Assembly: GCA_965198225.1 (NCBI GenBank)
Contig: CBDAOY010000009.1
Span: forward strand, 320,001-384,000
Source of the DNA: Terriglobia bacterium
GTDB taxonomy: Bacteria > Acidobacteriota > Terriglobia > 20CM-2-55-15
Direction: 5' to 3'
Length of the DNA stretch: 64,000 nt
The translations under genes were made by a program, and so were the position numbers. Below are positions 56,622-64,000 of this stretch, piece after piece. The notes under the pieces were generated by a model. It worked only from the letters and a program-made list of their open reading frames with translations, was not told where the DNA came from and made no database searches. Position 1 is the stretch's first letter; every line of letters begins with the position of its first letter.

Positions 56622-57704
56622 ATGGACCCTGCCGCGCTGACTCATCGCCAGAAAAACGAAGAATCGACCCCGAACCTGGCCGACTACGACTACGGGTTGC
56701 CACCCGAAGCGATTGCCAAAGAGCCCGTGCAACCTCGAGACGCGTCCCGGATGCTGGTCGTCGACCGTCGCTCGGGACGGCTGACGGATGCGCACTTTCG
56801 CGAGCTGGCCCGTTACCTGCGTCCATCCGACGTCGTCGTGGTCAATAACACGCGGGTCCTGAAGGCGCGCGTCTTCGGCAGGCTCGCCGGGGATAGGCGC
56901 GATGTGGAGGTCCTGTTTGCGAACCCCGTTTCCGAGCGGACCTGGGAAGTGATGCTTCGGCCCGGAAAACGGGTGCGAGAAGGCGATCGAATCCACCTGG
57001 ACGACGAGATCGCCTTCAGGGTCGGGGAGCGCCGGGACCACGGCCTTCGCCTGATCGAGCTCGAGACGTCCAGGCAGGCCGGAGTCGTCGGGGTGCTCGA
57101 GCGATACGGTCACGTACCGCTGCCTCCCTACATTGGGCGACCGGACCGCCCGGCCGATGAAACCGATTACCAGACAGTGTACGCAGACAAGATGGGCGCC
57201 GTTGCGGCGCCGACGGCAGGCCTTCATTTCAGCGACAACGTGTTCGCTTCCCTCGATGAGGCGGGCATCGAGGTGGTCGAGCTCACCCTGCATGTGGGCA
57301 TCGGAACCTTCATGCCTGTACGCTCCGAGGACCCGGCAAACCACCGGCTCAAGGGCGAACATTACGAACTCACCCTGCCGGGCGCCGAAGCGCTGAACCA
57401 GGCGCGTCAGGACGGACGTCGTATCGTGGCTGTCGGCACGACAACGACGCGAACGCTCGAACACGTCTTCGCACAGAACGGCAAGTTCGTGGCGGGTAAA
57501 GGCGAAACCGACCTCTATATTCTCCCCGGGTTCCGCTTCGCCGCGATCGACGTTCTGCTCACCAATTTTCACCTCCCGCGAACGACCCTGCTGCTGATGG
57601 TCTCTGCGTTCGCTTCCCGGAAAATCGTCCTCGAGGCTTACAGCCACGCCCTCCGGGAGGGCTACCGGTTCTACAGCTACGGGGACTGTACGCTCTTCGC
57701 CTAG
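56622..57704 (+). CDS. queA: S-adenosylmethionine:tRNA ribosyltransferase-isomerase
   Basis: PLPPYI, AAPTAGLHF, TLHVG.GTF, TNFHLP, FYSYGD. Confidence 0.96.
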   Translation: MDPAALTHRQKNEESTPNLADYDYGLPPEAIAKEPVQPRDASRMLVVDRRSGRLTDAHFRELARYLRPSDVVVVNNTRVLKARVFGRLAGDRRDVEVLFANPVSERTWEVMLRPGKRVREGDRIHLDDEIAFRVGERRDHGLRLIELETSRQAGVVGVLERYGHVPLPPYIGRPDRPADETDYQTVYADKMGAVAAPTAGLHFSDNVFASLDEAGIEVVELTLHVGIGTFMPVRSEDPANHRLKGEHYELTLPGAEALNQARQDGRRIVAVGTTTTRTLEHVFAQNGKFVAGKGETDLYILPGFRFAAIDVLLTNFHLPRTTLLLMVSAFASRKIVLEAYSHALREGYRFYSYGDCTLFA

Positions 57705-57754
57705 AGGCGCGTTTTAGCCGCCTGTTCGGCCCGTCGCGGGTTGGCCGTACACGG

Positions 57755-57782
57755 TTGACACTGCAAGGGCTTACGTTATAAT
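57755..57782 (+). promoter_or_regulatory. Near-consensus sigma70 promoter of the cold-shock gene, giving a 5'UTR of about 130 nt
   Basis: TTGACA-N16-TATAAT. Confidence 0.7.
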
Positions 57783-57918
57783 GTCGCGGTCCAAATACTC
57801 TGCAGCACAGCGTAAGTTCGAAAAGAGCGACCCACTGAACTTCCCGTCGACGGTCCCCCTTTTCAAGCTTTGCGGTTTGGGCAGCAACAGTTCTTGAAGT
57901 AAAGGAGTTTGGAGAGGC

Positions 57919-58128
57919 ATGTCTAAAGAAACTGGCAAAGTGAAGTGGTTCAACAATAAGAAGGGCTTTGGGTTTATCGAGAGGGCCAGCGGCGGGGATG
58001 TTTTTGTTCACTATTCGGCGATCGAGAGCGACGGGTATAGAACTCTGAAAGAGGGGGATGACGTCGAGTTCAACATCACGGAAGGACCGAAAGGGTTTCA
58101 GGCGGAAAACGTCACGAGACCTGAATAG
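57919..58128 (+). CDS. Cold-shock protein (CspA family)
   Basis: GKVKWFN..KGFGFI, DVFVHYS. Confidence 0.96.
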   Translation: MSKETGKVKWFNNKKGFGFIERASGGDVFVHYSAIESDGYRTLKEGDDVEFNITEGPKGFQAENVTRPE

Positions 58129-58157
58129 CGACCTGGAAGATTTTTTTCATCAAGGTT

Positions 58158-58191
58158 AAGGACCCTGTGATTCGCTTCGCAGGGTCTTTTT
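58158..58191 (+). terminator. Intrinsic terminator after the csp gene
   Basis: gaccctgtga-ttcgct-tcgcagggtc then ttttt. Confidence 0.8.
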
Positions 58192-58870
58192 GCGTGTGCT
58201 CGGTTGGCGTCTCCCCGCGTAACTTTTTGCTTCAGCCTGCTTCGTCACCCGTGATCCGCAAACAGCATCAGAATCACAGAAGGGAGAAAACGCCAGTTCG
58301 GTGAAAGCCCTTCAACTCGGATCCGCCCCGGACCCAACTGCCAGCGAGCTCATCGTCGATCATTTCTTCAACAACATCCTGACCGCCGGCTTTCGACTCT
58401 TCCCCAACGTTGCGGACGCTGCCACCGGCAAACCTGTTCCCGATCTCGGCCCGGCAACTTCCTTGTCAAGCAACCGATCAGCCAGCAGGCTTGCGGCTCT
58501 CCAATGCCCATACCCCCGTTTGTCGGCTCGCCTCCAAGCACGTTCGTCCCGATGGACCTGGACGTCGAAACGCTCAATCTCAGCGACGGCCGGTACACTG
58601 TCGAACTCCTGGAGAGTCCGGGATGCCTGTCGAAGGTCCGGTCGCGGCCCAGTTCAGGTTGAGAAATGGAATGCGGCAGGGAACCATGGTCGCACCGGGG
58701 GTCGGTGTTCGGGCCGCAGTGCAATCACGGGACCCCGTCTTTTCCTCGTGCGCCTGCGCCGCCAGGCGATGCCGTCTATCCGCACGGGCCCTGATGAAGG
58801 CAACTGTCGCACGATCTAAGTTATTGAATAGAAAGCATCGAGACCGTGTCATCCGTGGTATAAAGGAACG

Positions 58871-61537
58871 ATGTCGAGGCTCTACCACCTCCGGCGCGAG
58901 CTTGAATTCTCGACTCAGACCCGTCAGGGGAAGTCCTACCTGGTCGTCAAGGACCCGGTAACGAATCGCTACTTCAATTTCAAGGAGATGCAGGCCAGCA
59001 TCGTCGAACTGGTCCGGGAACCGATCGACATTGACTCGCTGGGCGCAGCGGCAGCCGCCCGGTTGGGCGCCACGGTCAAGGCGGCGTCCCTGGAAGGCTT
59101 CCTGAAATCGCTCGAAGAGAAGCACCTCCTCGACACGCCGACCGTCGCCGAAAAACTCGCCGTCTACAAAGAGCGCAAGCCACGGGGAAAAAGCCTCCTC
59201 TACATGCAGCTCGTGTCGCTCAATCCCGAGAGGGTCTTAGGCTATCTGCTGCCCAAGGTGGGGTGGTGCTTCACGCCGGCATTCAACGTGTTCGCTGCGA
59301 TCGCGATCATTTGCGGGTTCGTCATCACTTTCTTGAACGCAGGTACGTTAGCTCAGGAAACCCTTTCGCTCTTCAGCCTTCGCGGCGCGCTGATGACCTG
59401 GCTGGTCGTCGCCGCGGTGTTGACTGTCCACGAGTTTGCACACGGGCTGACATGCTGTCATTTCGGCGGCAAGGTGCAGTCGATGGGCTACATGCTCATT
59501 TATTTCAGCCCGGCCTTCTTCTGCGACGTGAGCGATGCCTGGATGTTCCCGACCCGTCGCGAAAGGATGTGGGTCACGTTTGCCGGCGGCTACTTTCAGC
59601 TCGTCATGTGGGGGCTCGCCGCGATCGCCTGGCGGGTCCTTGCCGAAGACACACTCGCCAGCGAAATCCTGCTGATCGTGATGGTGACTTCCGGAATCCA
59701 GACGCTGTTTAACTTCAATCCGCTCATCAAGCTCGACGGCTACTACATGCTGAGTGACTACCTGGAGATCCCGAACCTGCGGGAGAAAGGGTTCCGGGCG
59801 TTCCGGGCGTGGCTGGCGGGAACGGCCGATCCCCTTCTTGATACGCCGCAGCGTAAGGCGCTGCTGCGGTACGGAGCCATCTCGCTGACCTTTTCGACGT
59901 TACTGCTGTCGTTCGTTTACGTTAACATCTATCTGCTAGCGACCTCATACTTTGCTTTTGCGGGTCTGGTCGGGTTTTTGATGTTTTCGGGATACACATT
60001 GAGACGGACGGCGGCAGAACCGGTGGCAGGCGTTCGATCATTGATCACACGCGCGATGCTCCGCAAGTTCCGAAACTTCGGTGTAGGAGCGGCGGCGGTG
60101 CTGGCGATGATCATCGTCCCATGGGAGCTGAAGATTTCCGCCGATTTCCGAATCCTGCCGCTACAGGAATCGATCGTCCGCAGCGAAACCGCGGGTACCG
60201 TGGCCGAAGTGCTGATCCGCGAAGGAAGCCGCGTCGAGGCCGGCGAAGTGATCGTCCGCTTGTATGACTTCGACAAGCAGAAGGAGTTGGAAACCGTCTC
60301 GGGCGAACTGGAGCAGAAACAGGCCGAGTTGGCTCAGCTCCGGGTCGGGCCACGCACGGAGGAGATCGACCAGGCCGAAAAGCTCGTCGACACGAAGCGG
60401 GTCGAACTGGAGAACATCCGGAGAAACGTCCAACTCCAGAACCAGCTCGAGCAGGCGCTCACTACCAGGCAGACGGAACTGAGGCTCGCAGAAATCGAGT
60501 TACGGAGAACGACCGACCTTTTCATAGAGGAACTTGGTTCGAGGGTCGACATGGAGAAGGCACAGGCCACTGTGGAAGTCCGCCGCAGCGCGGTCGCGGA
60601 AGCCGAAGCGTCGGTTCAGATTCTGGCCGAGAAGAACGACCGCGAAGAAGACCTCAAGACCCGGGAACTTGCCGAGGCCGAGAGCGCGCTCGCGCTCCTG
60701 CGCGCCGGTTCGCGGCCCGAGGAAATCCAGCAGCGGGAAGCTGAAGTCAACATGCTGGAAGCCCGGCAGCGCATCCTGGGCGAAGAAATCAAGAAGAGCG
60801 AAATCCGCGCGGGAATTTCGGGAACGGTCACGACCCCGTTTGTCCAGAAGATACTCAACCGTCACCTGCAGGCCGGCGAAGAGGTCTGCCGCATCGTTGA
60901 CATGGACCGCGTCCGCGCCGAGATGTTCGTGCCGGAGCAGGAAATGGGTGATGTATCCGGAGTTAGCGTCGCGATGACGATGGAAGCAAGGGCACAGGAC
61001 GTCCGGGAACTAGACGTCACTCTCACTTTTCAGGGTGATGAGGTTCGGTTGGACGTCCCCGCTCTTGGCGCCGTCTACGTCGGGGCACTGGACAAGGGCG
61101 GCGAAACGATATCCGGGACATGGAGACATGCGGATGCTCAGCTCCCGCTCACCTTCGATAAGGATAAGATGGATTCGGAGGCGATGGCTGGTTCGTCGAG
61201 CGCCACCACCGCGTTGGCGGGAGTGTGGGACGGAACACTCGGCGAGGGGAAACTGAAGCTTCGGTTCGAGCCGGGCATGCCGGTCCGACTGAAAGCGCGC
61301 AGCTTCCCGACCCGCGAGTTCGAGGGCAACGTCGACTTCATCGCACCCGTAGCCGAGATGGTGGACAACGCGCGCGTCATCAAGATTCGAACCGAGCTGG
61401 ATAACGGCGACGGGATGCTCAAGCCGGACATGACGGGCGTCGCAAAGATCCACGCCGGCCGCCGCCAGGTCATCGCGCTGATGACCCGCCGCATAATCCG
61501 CTGGTTCCGAACTGAATCCTGGTACTACCTCCCCTGA
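58871..61537 (+). CDS. Fusion protein: PqqD/RRE-like N-terminus, M50 (site-2) membrane metallopeptidase and HlyD-type membrane fusion protein
   Basis: YLVVKDPVTNRYF..FL.SL.EK.LL; VHEFAHG (HExxH); FNFNPLIKLDGYY; biotinyl-like halves flanking a long coiled coil; LKPDMTG.AKI. Confidence 0.85.
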   Translation: MSRLYHLRRELEFSTQTRQGKSYLVVKDPVTNRYFNFKEMQASIVELVREPIDIDSLGAAAAARLGATVKAASLEGFLKSLEEKHLLDTPTVAEKLAVYKERKPRGKSLLYMQLVSLNPERVLGYLLPKVGWCFTPAFNVFAAIAIICGFVITFLNAGTLAQETLSLFSLRGALMTWLVVAAVLTVHEFAHGLTCCHFGGKVQSMGYMLIYFSPAFFCDVSDAWMFPTRRERMWVTFAGGYFQLVMWGLAAIAWRVLAEDTLASEILLIVMVTSGIQTLFNFNPLIKLDGYYMLSDYLEIPNLREKGFRAFRAWLAGTADPLLDTPQRKALLRYGAISLTFSTLLLSFVYVNIYLLATSYFAFAGLVGFLMFSGYTLRRTAAEPVAGVRSLITRAMLRKFRNFGVGAAAVLAMIIVPWELKISADFRILPLQESIVRSETAGTVAEVLIREGSRVEAGEVIVRLYDFDKQKELETVSGELEQKQAELAQLRVGPRTEEIDQAEKLVDTKRVELENIRRNVQLQNQLEQALTTRQTELRLAEIELRRTTDLFIEELGSRVDMEKAQATVEVRRSAVAEAEASVQILAEKNDREEDLKTRELAEAESALALLRAGSRPEEIQQREAEVNMLEARQRILGEEIKKSEIRAGISGTVTTPFVQKILNRHLQAGEEVCRIVDMDRVRAEMFVPEQEMGDVSGVSVAMTMEARAQDVRELDVTLTFQGDEVRLDVPALGAVYVGALDKGGETISGTWRHADAQLPLTFDKDKMDSEAMAGSSSATTALAGVWDGTLGEGKLKLRFEPGMPVRLKARSFPTREFEGNVDFIAPVAEMVDNARVIKIRTELDNGDGMLKPDMTGVAKIHAGRRQVIALMTRRIIRWFRTESWYYLP

Positions 61538-61678
61538 GAAAATGCGCATATTTTGCGCCAACACCCTCTCCTGCGCCAATATTTTCGCCAAACCTTTGGT
61601 CAACCTAACGCGATTCCAAGAATTAATGTATTTTTTGGAAACTCCCGCTTATCCTTATTTCTGAAGGCTAAGGAAGTC

Positions 61679-61782
61679 GCCTTTGTAAAACGGCAAATTC
61701 GTCGAAAGACGAAGACGCAAAGCCACAAGGCTACAATCCCTTGAGGTTCGGATGGGATCATGCCGGTTGGGTTGCCAAAGGC
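61679..61782 (+). ncRNA. Cyclic di-GMP-I (GEMM) riboswitch aptamer 1
   Basis: GGCAAA-ttcgtc-GAAA-gacgaa-GACGCAAAGC...GGGTTGCC; closing stem gcctttg/caaaggc. Confidence 0.88.
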
Positions 61783-61837
61783 AGGGAAGTGGCAAACCGG
61801 CACGGAGCCTTCTGCCCTCCTCACCGAGAAGAATTCT

Positions 61838-61946
61838 CTGACAGATGCAAATCCGTCGAAAGGCGGGGCCGCAAAGCTTCGAGACCACCGGTTCGTCGGT
61901 TGATCTGTGGATCGGCCGGATAGATCACGTCGGTCGCGCTGCCTGA
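61838..61946 (+). ncRNA. Cyclic di-GMP-I-like riboswitch aptamer 2 (variant)
   Basis: tGCAAA-tccgtc-GAAA-ggcggg-GCCGCAAAGC...GCTGCC; boundaries approximate. Confidence 0.72.
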
Positions 61947-62014
61947 CTAAGAGGTTCCACCTCGGGCTCACCTTTTCTTTTTTGCAACGAATCGAGAACT
62001 GGAGGTAGCTGGCT

Positions 62015-62038
62015 ATGTACGGCGTGATTTGGGTCTAG
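62015..62038 (+). CDS. Candidate 7-aa micro-peptide MYGVIWV
   Basis: GGAGGT (62001-62006) 8 nt before ATG; first ORF after the riboswitches; followed by hairpin acgacgtc-tcgcg-gacgtcgt. Confidence 0.5.
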   Translation: MYGVIWV

Positions 62039-62119
62039 CCCACACTAGAACTGGAAGTGATACGACGTCTCGCGGACGTCGTTTGAGGATCTTAACTCCG
62101 TCCGTCCCTGGAGAATAGA

Positions 62120-62212
62120 ATGAGTGAGAATGGTGTTATCCTGATCGATATTGAAATCGAGGAACTGGAACAGAAGATTGCCCCGAGTGGTTACTTGGCC
62201 AATGATGACTGA
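62120..62212 (+). CDS. Candidate 30-aa precursor peptide MSENGVILIDIEIEELEQKIAPSGYLANDD
   Basis: GGAGA RBS at 62110-62114; acidic leader-like motif EIEELEQKIAP; followed by hairpin gccgcgagc...gctcgcggc. Confidence 0.68.
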   Translation: MSENGVILIDIEIEELEQKIAPSGYLANDD

Positions 62213-62279
62213 TTGAGCTCGCCGCGAGCAAAGAGGCGTCCTCTAGCTCGCGGCTGCGACGTCTGTTTGGCCTCGCGAA

Positions 62280-64000
62280 GTGACGTGGAATAAGCTCACA
62301 GTCCAGGCGAAGGCATACCTCCGGAGCGTCTATGCAATAGGCGCTCTGCTGTCCTTTGTCTGCATGGCTGCGCCCGCCCGTATTTCAGAAACCCCTAATC
62401 GATTCGACTCCGAATGGGTTTTCCTGACACTGGTCTCGCTCTTTGTCGCGACGGTTACGGTTCGCTTACCTAGAACACCGTCCGCCGTGATATCGATCGG
62501 TGACGTCTTTACCATCCTGGCACTACTCCAGTTCGGCCCGGGACCCGCGCTCGTCATGTACTGGAGCCAGATCATCATCCTAATTGCAACCGACCAGGTG
62601 AAACGGCGTGGATGGCGGAGCTTCGTTCGAGTATCGGCCCTTTATCAACACTTCTTCTACTACAAGCACCTGTTCAACCTCGCCACGTGCGCGCTATCGA
62701 TCTCGGCCATGAGCGTGGCGCTGATGACGGCCGATCTGATTGGCCTGTCCGATCCCCTAGGTTTTGCTGTCAAACTTGCAGCCCTTGCAACAGTATGGTT
62801 TGCAGTCAATACGGGCACACTCTCTCTGGCGATTGCGCTTTTGGAAGACAAGTCCTTTTGGAAGACTTGGTTTGACGGCGTCAGTCTGTATGTCCTTAAT
62901 TTCTTTGGCTCGGCGGCGGCGGCGGGCTTGATGTCTCAGTTCTATGAACAGGCCGGTTTCTCGACTTTCCTGTTCGCCCTACCCATCGTTGTGGTCTTTT
63001 ACCAGCTCTACCGGTTCTACATCGAAAAGTTCGAGCACGCCCGGGCACACATTGCCGAGTTGAACAAGCTCTACCTCCAGACGGTCGAAGCGCTCGCGAC
63101 CGCCGTCGATGCGAAAGACCGCTACACCCACGGCCACATTCGACGCGTCCAGTGCTACGCGATCGAGCTGGCAAGGCGGATGGGAATGACCGACGAGTGG
63201 GACTTGATGGCCATTCGGTCCGGCGCCTTACTTCACGACATCGGGAAAATTGCGATTCCCGAGTATATCCTGAACAAGCCGACAGTGCTGACGGAGTCCG
63301 AGTTCGAAAAGATGAAGATTCATCCGTCGATCGGCGCCAGCATGCTCAAAGGCATCGAGTTCCCGTTTCCGGTTGAACCCCTGGTCAAGTCCCACCACGA
63401 GCGCTGGGACGGAAAAGGCTATCCAGAAGGGCTCAGCGGCGAAGAAATCCCGCTTAGCGCAAGGATCCTGTCGCTGGTCGACTGCTACGACGCCCTGACG
63501 ACCAATCGTCCATATCGCGCCCCCATGTCTCGCGACCAGGTCATCGAGTTCTTCCGGCGGGAGTCCGGAAGAGCCTATGATCCAGAGGTCGTCGAGACAT
63601 TCGTCGCAAACATCGGGAATTTGGAGGAGGAAGCCACAAAGATCGAAATTCCCGACTCTGATATCTGGGGAGGGCTCACCGTCGAGCGAAGGGTGAGCGA
63701 GAACGTGCGAGCCCTGGAGAAGGTGCAACCCACCGTCACGTACAGCGACGCAATGAACGTCACCCCGTTTGCGCAGACCGAACTCTACTCGGTCTTCGAG
63801 TTCGTACGTGCGGCAAATTGCCTCCGCACGGATGACGTCCTCGCCTTCATCGGGATCAAGCTCAGGAACTTGATCCAGTTCGACGCCGCAGTTTTCTACC
63901 TCGCGGATCTCGATCGCGGTGTTGTCGTCCCGTCGCATGTGTTGGGGCGGATGGGGGATGCCATCAAGGAGGGTGTACCCCTTCCGCTCGACCAGAAGCT
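62280..64000 (+). CDS. Multi-TM HD-GYP phosphodiesterase with GAF-like domain, 3' truncated by the window
   Basis: Manual translation from GTG 62280: several TM helices, then ALATAVDAKD.YTHGH, LLHDIGK, HHERWDGKGYP, DCYDALTTNRPYR, then FDAAVFYL; absent from the ORF track because it has no stop in the window. Confidence 0.9.
   Translation, partial: MTWNKLTVQAKAYLRSVYAIGALLSFVCMAAPARISETPNRFDSEWVFLTLVSLFVATVTVRLPRTPSAVISIGDVFTILALLQFGPGPALVMYWSQIIILIATDQVKRRGWRSFVRVSALYQHFFYYKHLFNLATCALSISAMSVALMTADLIGLSDPLGFAVKLAALATVWFAVNTGTLSLAIALLEDKSFWKTWFDGVSLYVLNFFGSAAAAGLMSQFYEQAGFSTFLFALPIVVVFYQLYRFYIEKFEHARAHIAELNKLYLQTVEALATAVDAKDRYTHGHIRRVQCYAIELARRMGMTDEWDLMAIRSGALLHDIGKIAIPEYILNKPTVLTESEFEKMKIHPSIGASMLKGIEFPFPVEPLVKSHHERWDGKGYPEGLSGEEIPLSARILSLVDCYDALTTNRPYRAPMSRDQVIEFFRRESGRAYDPEVVETFVANIGNLEEEATKIEIPDSDIWGGLTVERRVSENVRALEKVQPTVTYSDAMNVTPFAQTELYSVFEFVRAANCLRTDDVLAFIGIKLRNLIQFDAAVFYLADLDRGVVVPSHVLGRMGDAIKEGVPLPLDQK

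Noticed and set aside
61660-61682. Sigma54 promoter before the riboswitches
   Set aside because: GG-to-GC spacing is 11 nt, not the required 10
61790-61816. Third GGCAAAcc motif as another GEMM aptamer
   Set aside because: Lacks the GAAA-capped stem and CGCAAAGC; more likely part of the expression platform of aptamer 1

Overview
GC-rich bacterial chromosomal window, probably Acidobacteriota (inferred from the GWxTD protein, the 'RLDSWKEIA' regulator and the TonB-ExbBD-TPR and secDF-yajC-tgt gene order). Most of it is housekeeping: accC/BCCP, PPIase, rpmB, Omp85-SurA-TamB, ridA, relA/spoT, TonB system, secDF-yajC-tgt, peptide ABC ATPases, mutase, ECF sigma factor, rpsU, pta, a sigma54 two-component system, hsp20-clpB-groEL, queA and a cold-shock gene. 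Accessory or decayed elements are a class IIC group II intron after a terminator, a frameshifted TipA-like regulator, an IS256 relic, a decayed nucleotidyltransferase TA-like pair, and two secreted fibre-like proteins facing a TPR regulator. The most unusual locus is at the right end (58.9-64 kb) and is mostly missing from the ORF track. It holds an RRE-like/M50 peptidase/HlyD fusion, then two tandem c-di-GMP-I-type riboswitches, then two micro-ORFs with ribosome-binding sites (MYGVIWV, and a 30-aa acidic peptide containing EIEELEQKIAP), then a multi-TM HD-GYP/GAF protein that runs off the window. This is a candidate peptide-export / c-di-GMP feedback signalling system. All calls come from reading the sequence by eye; no searches were run.
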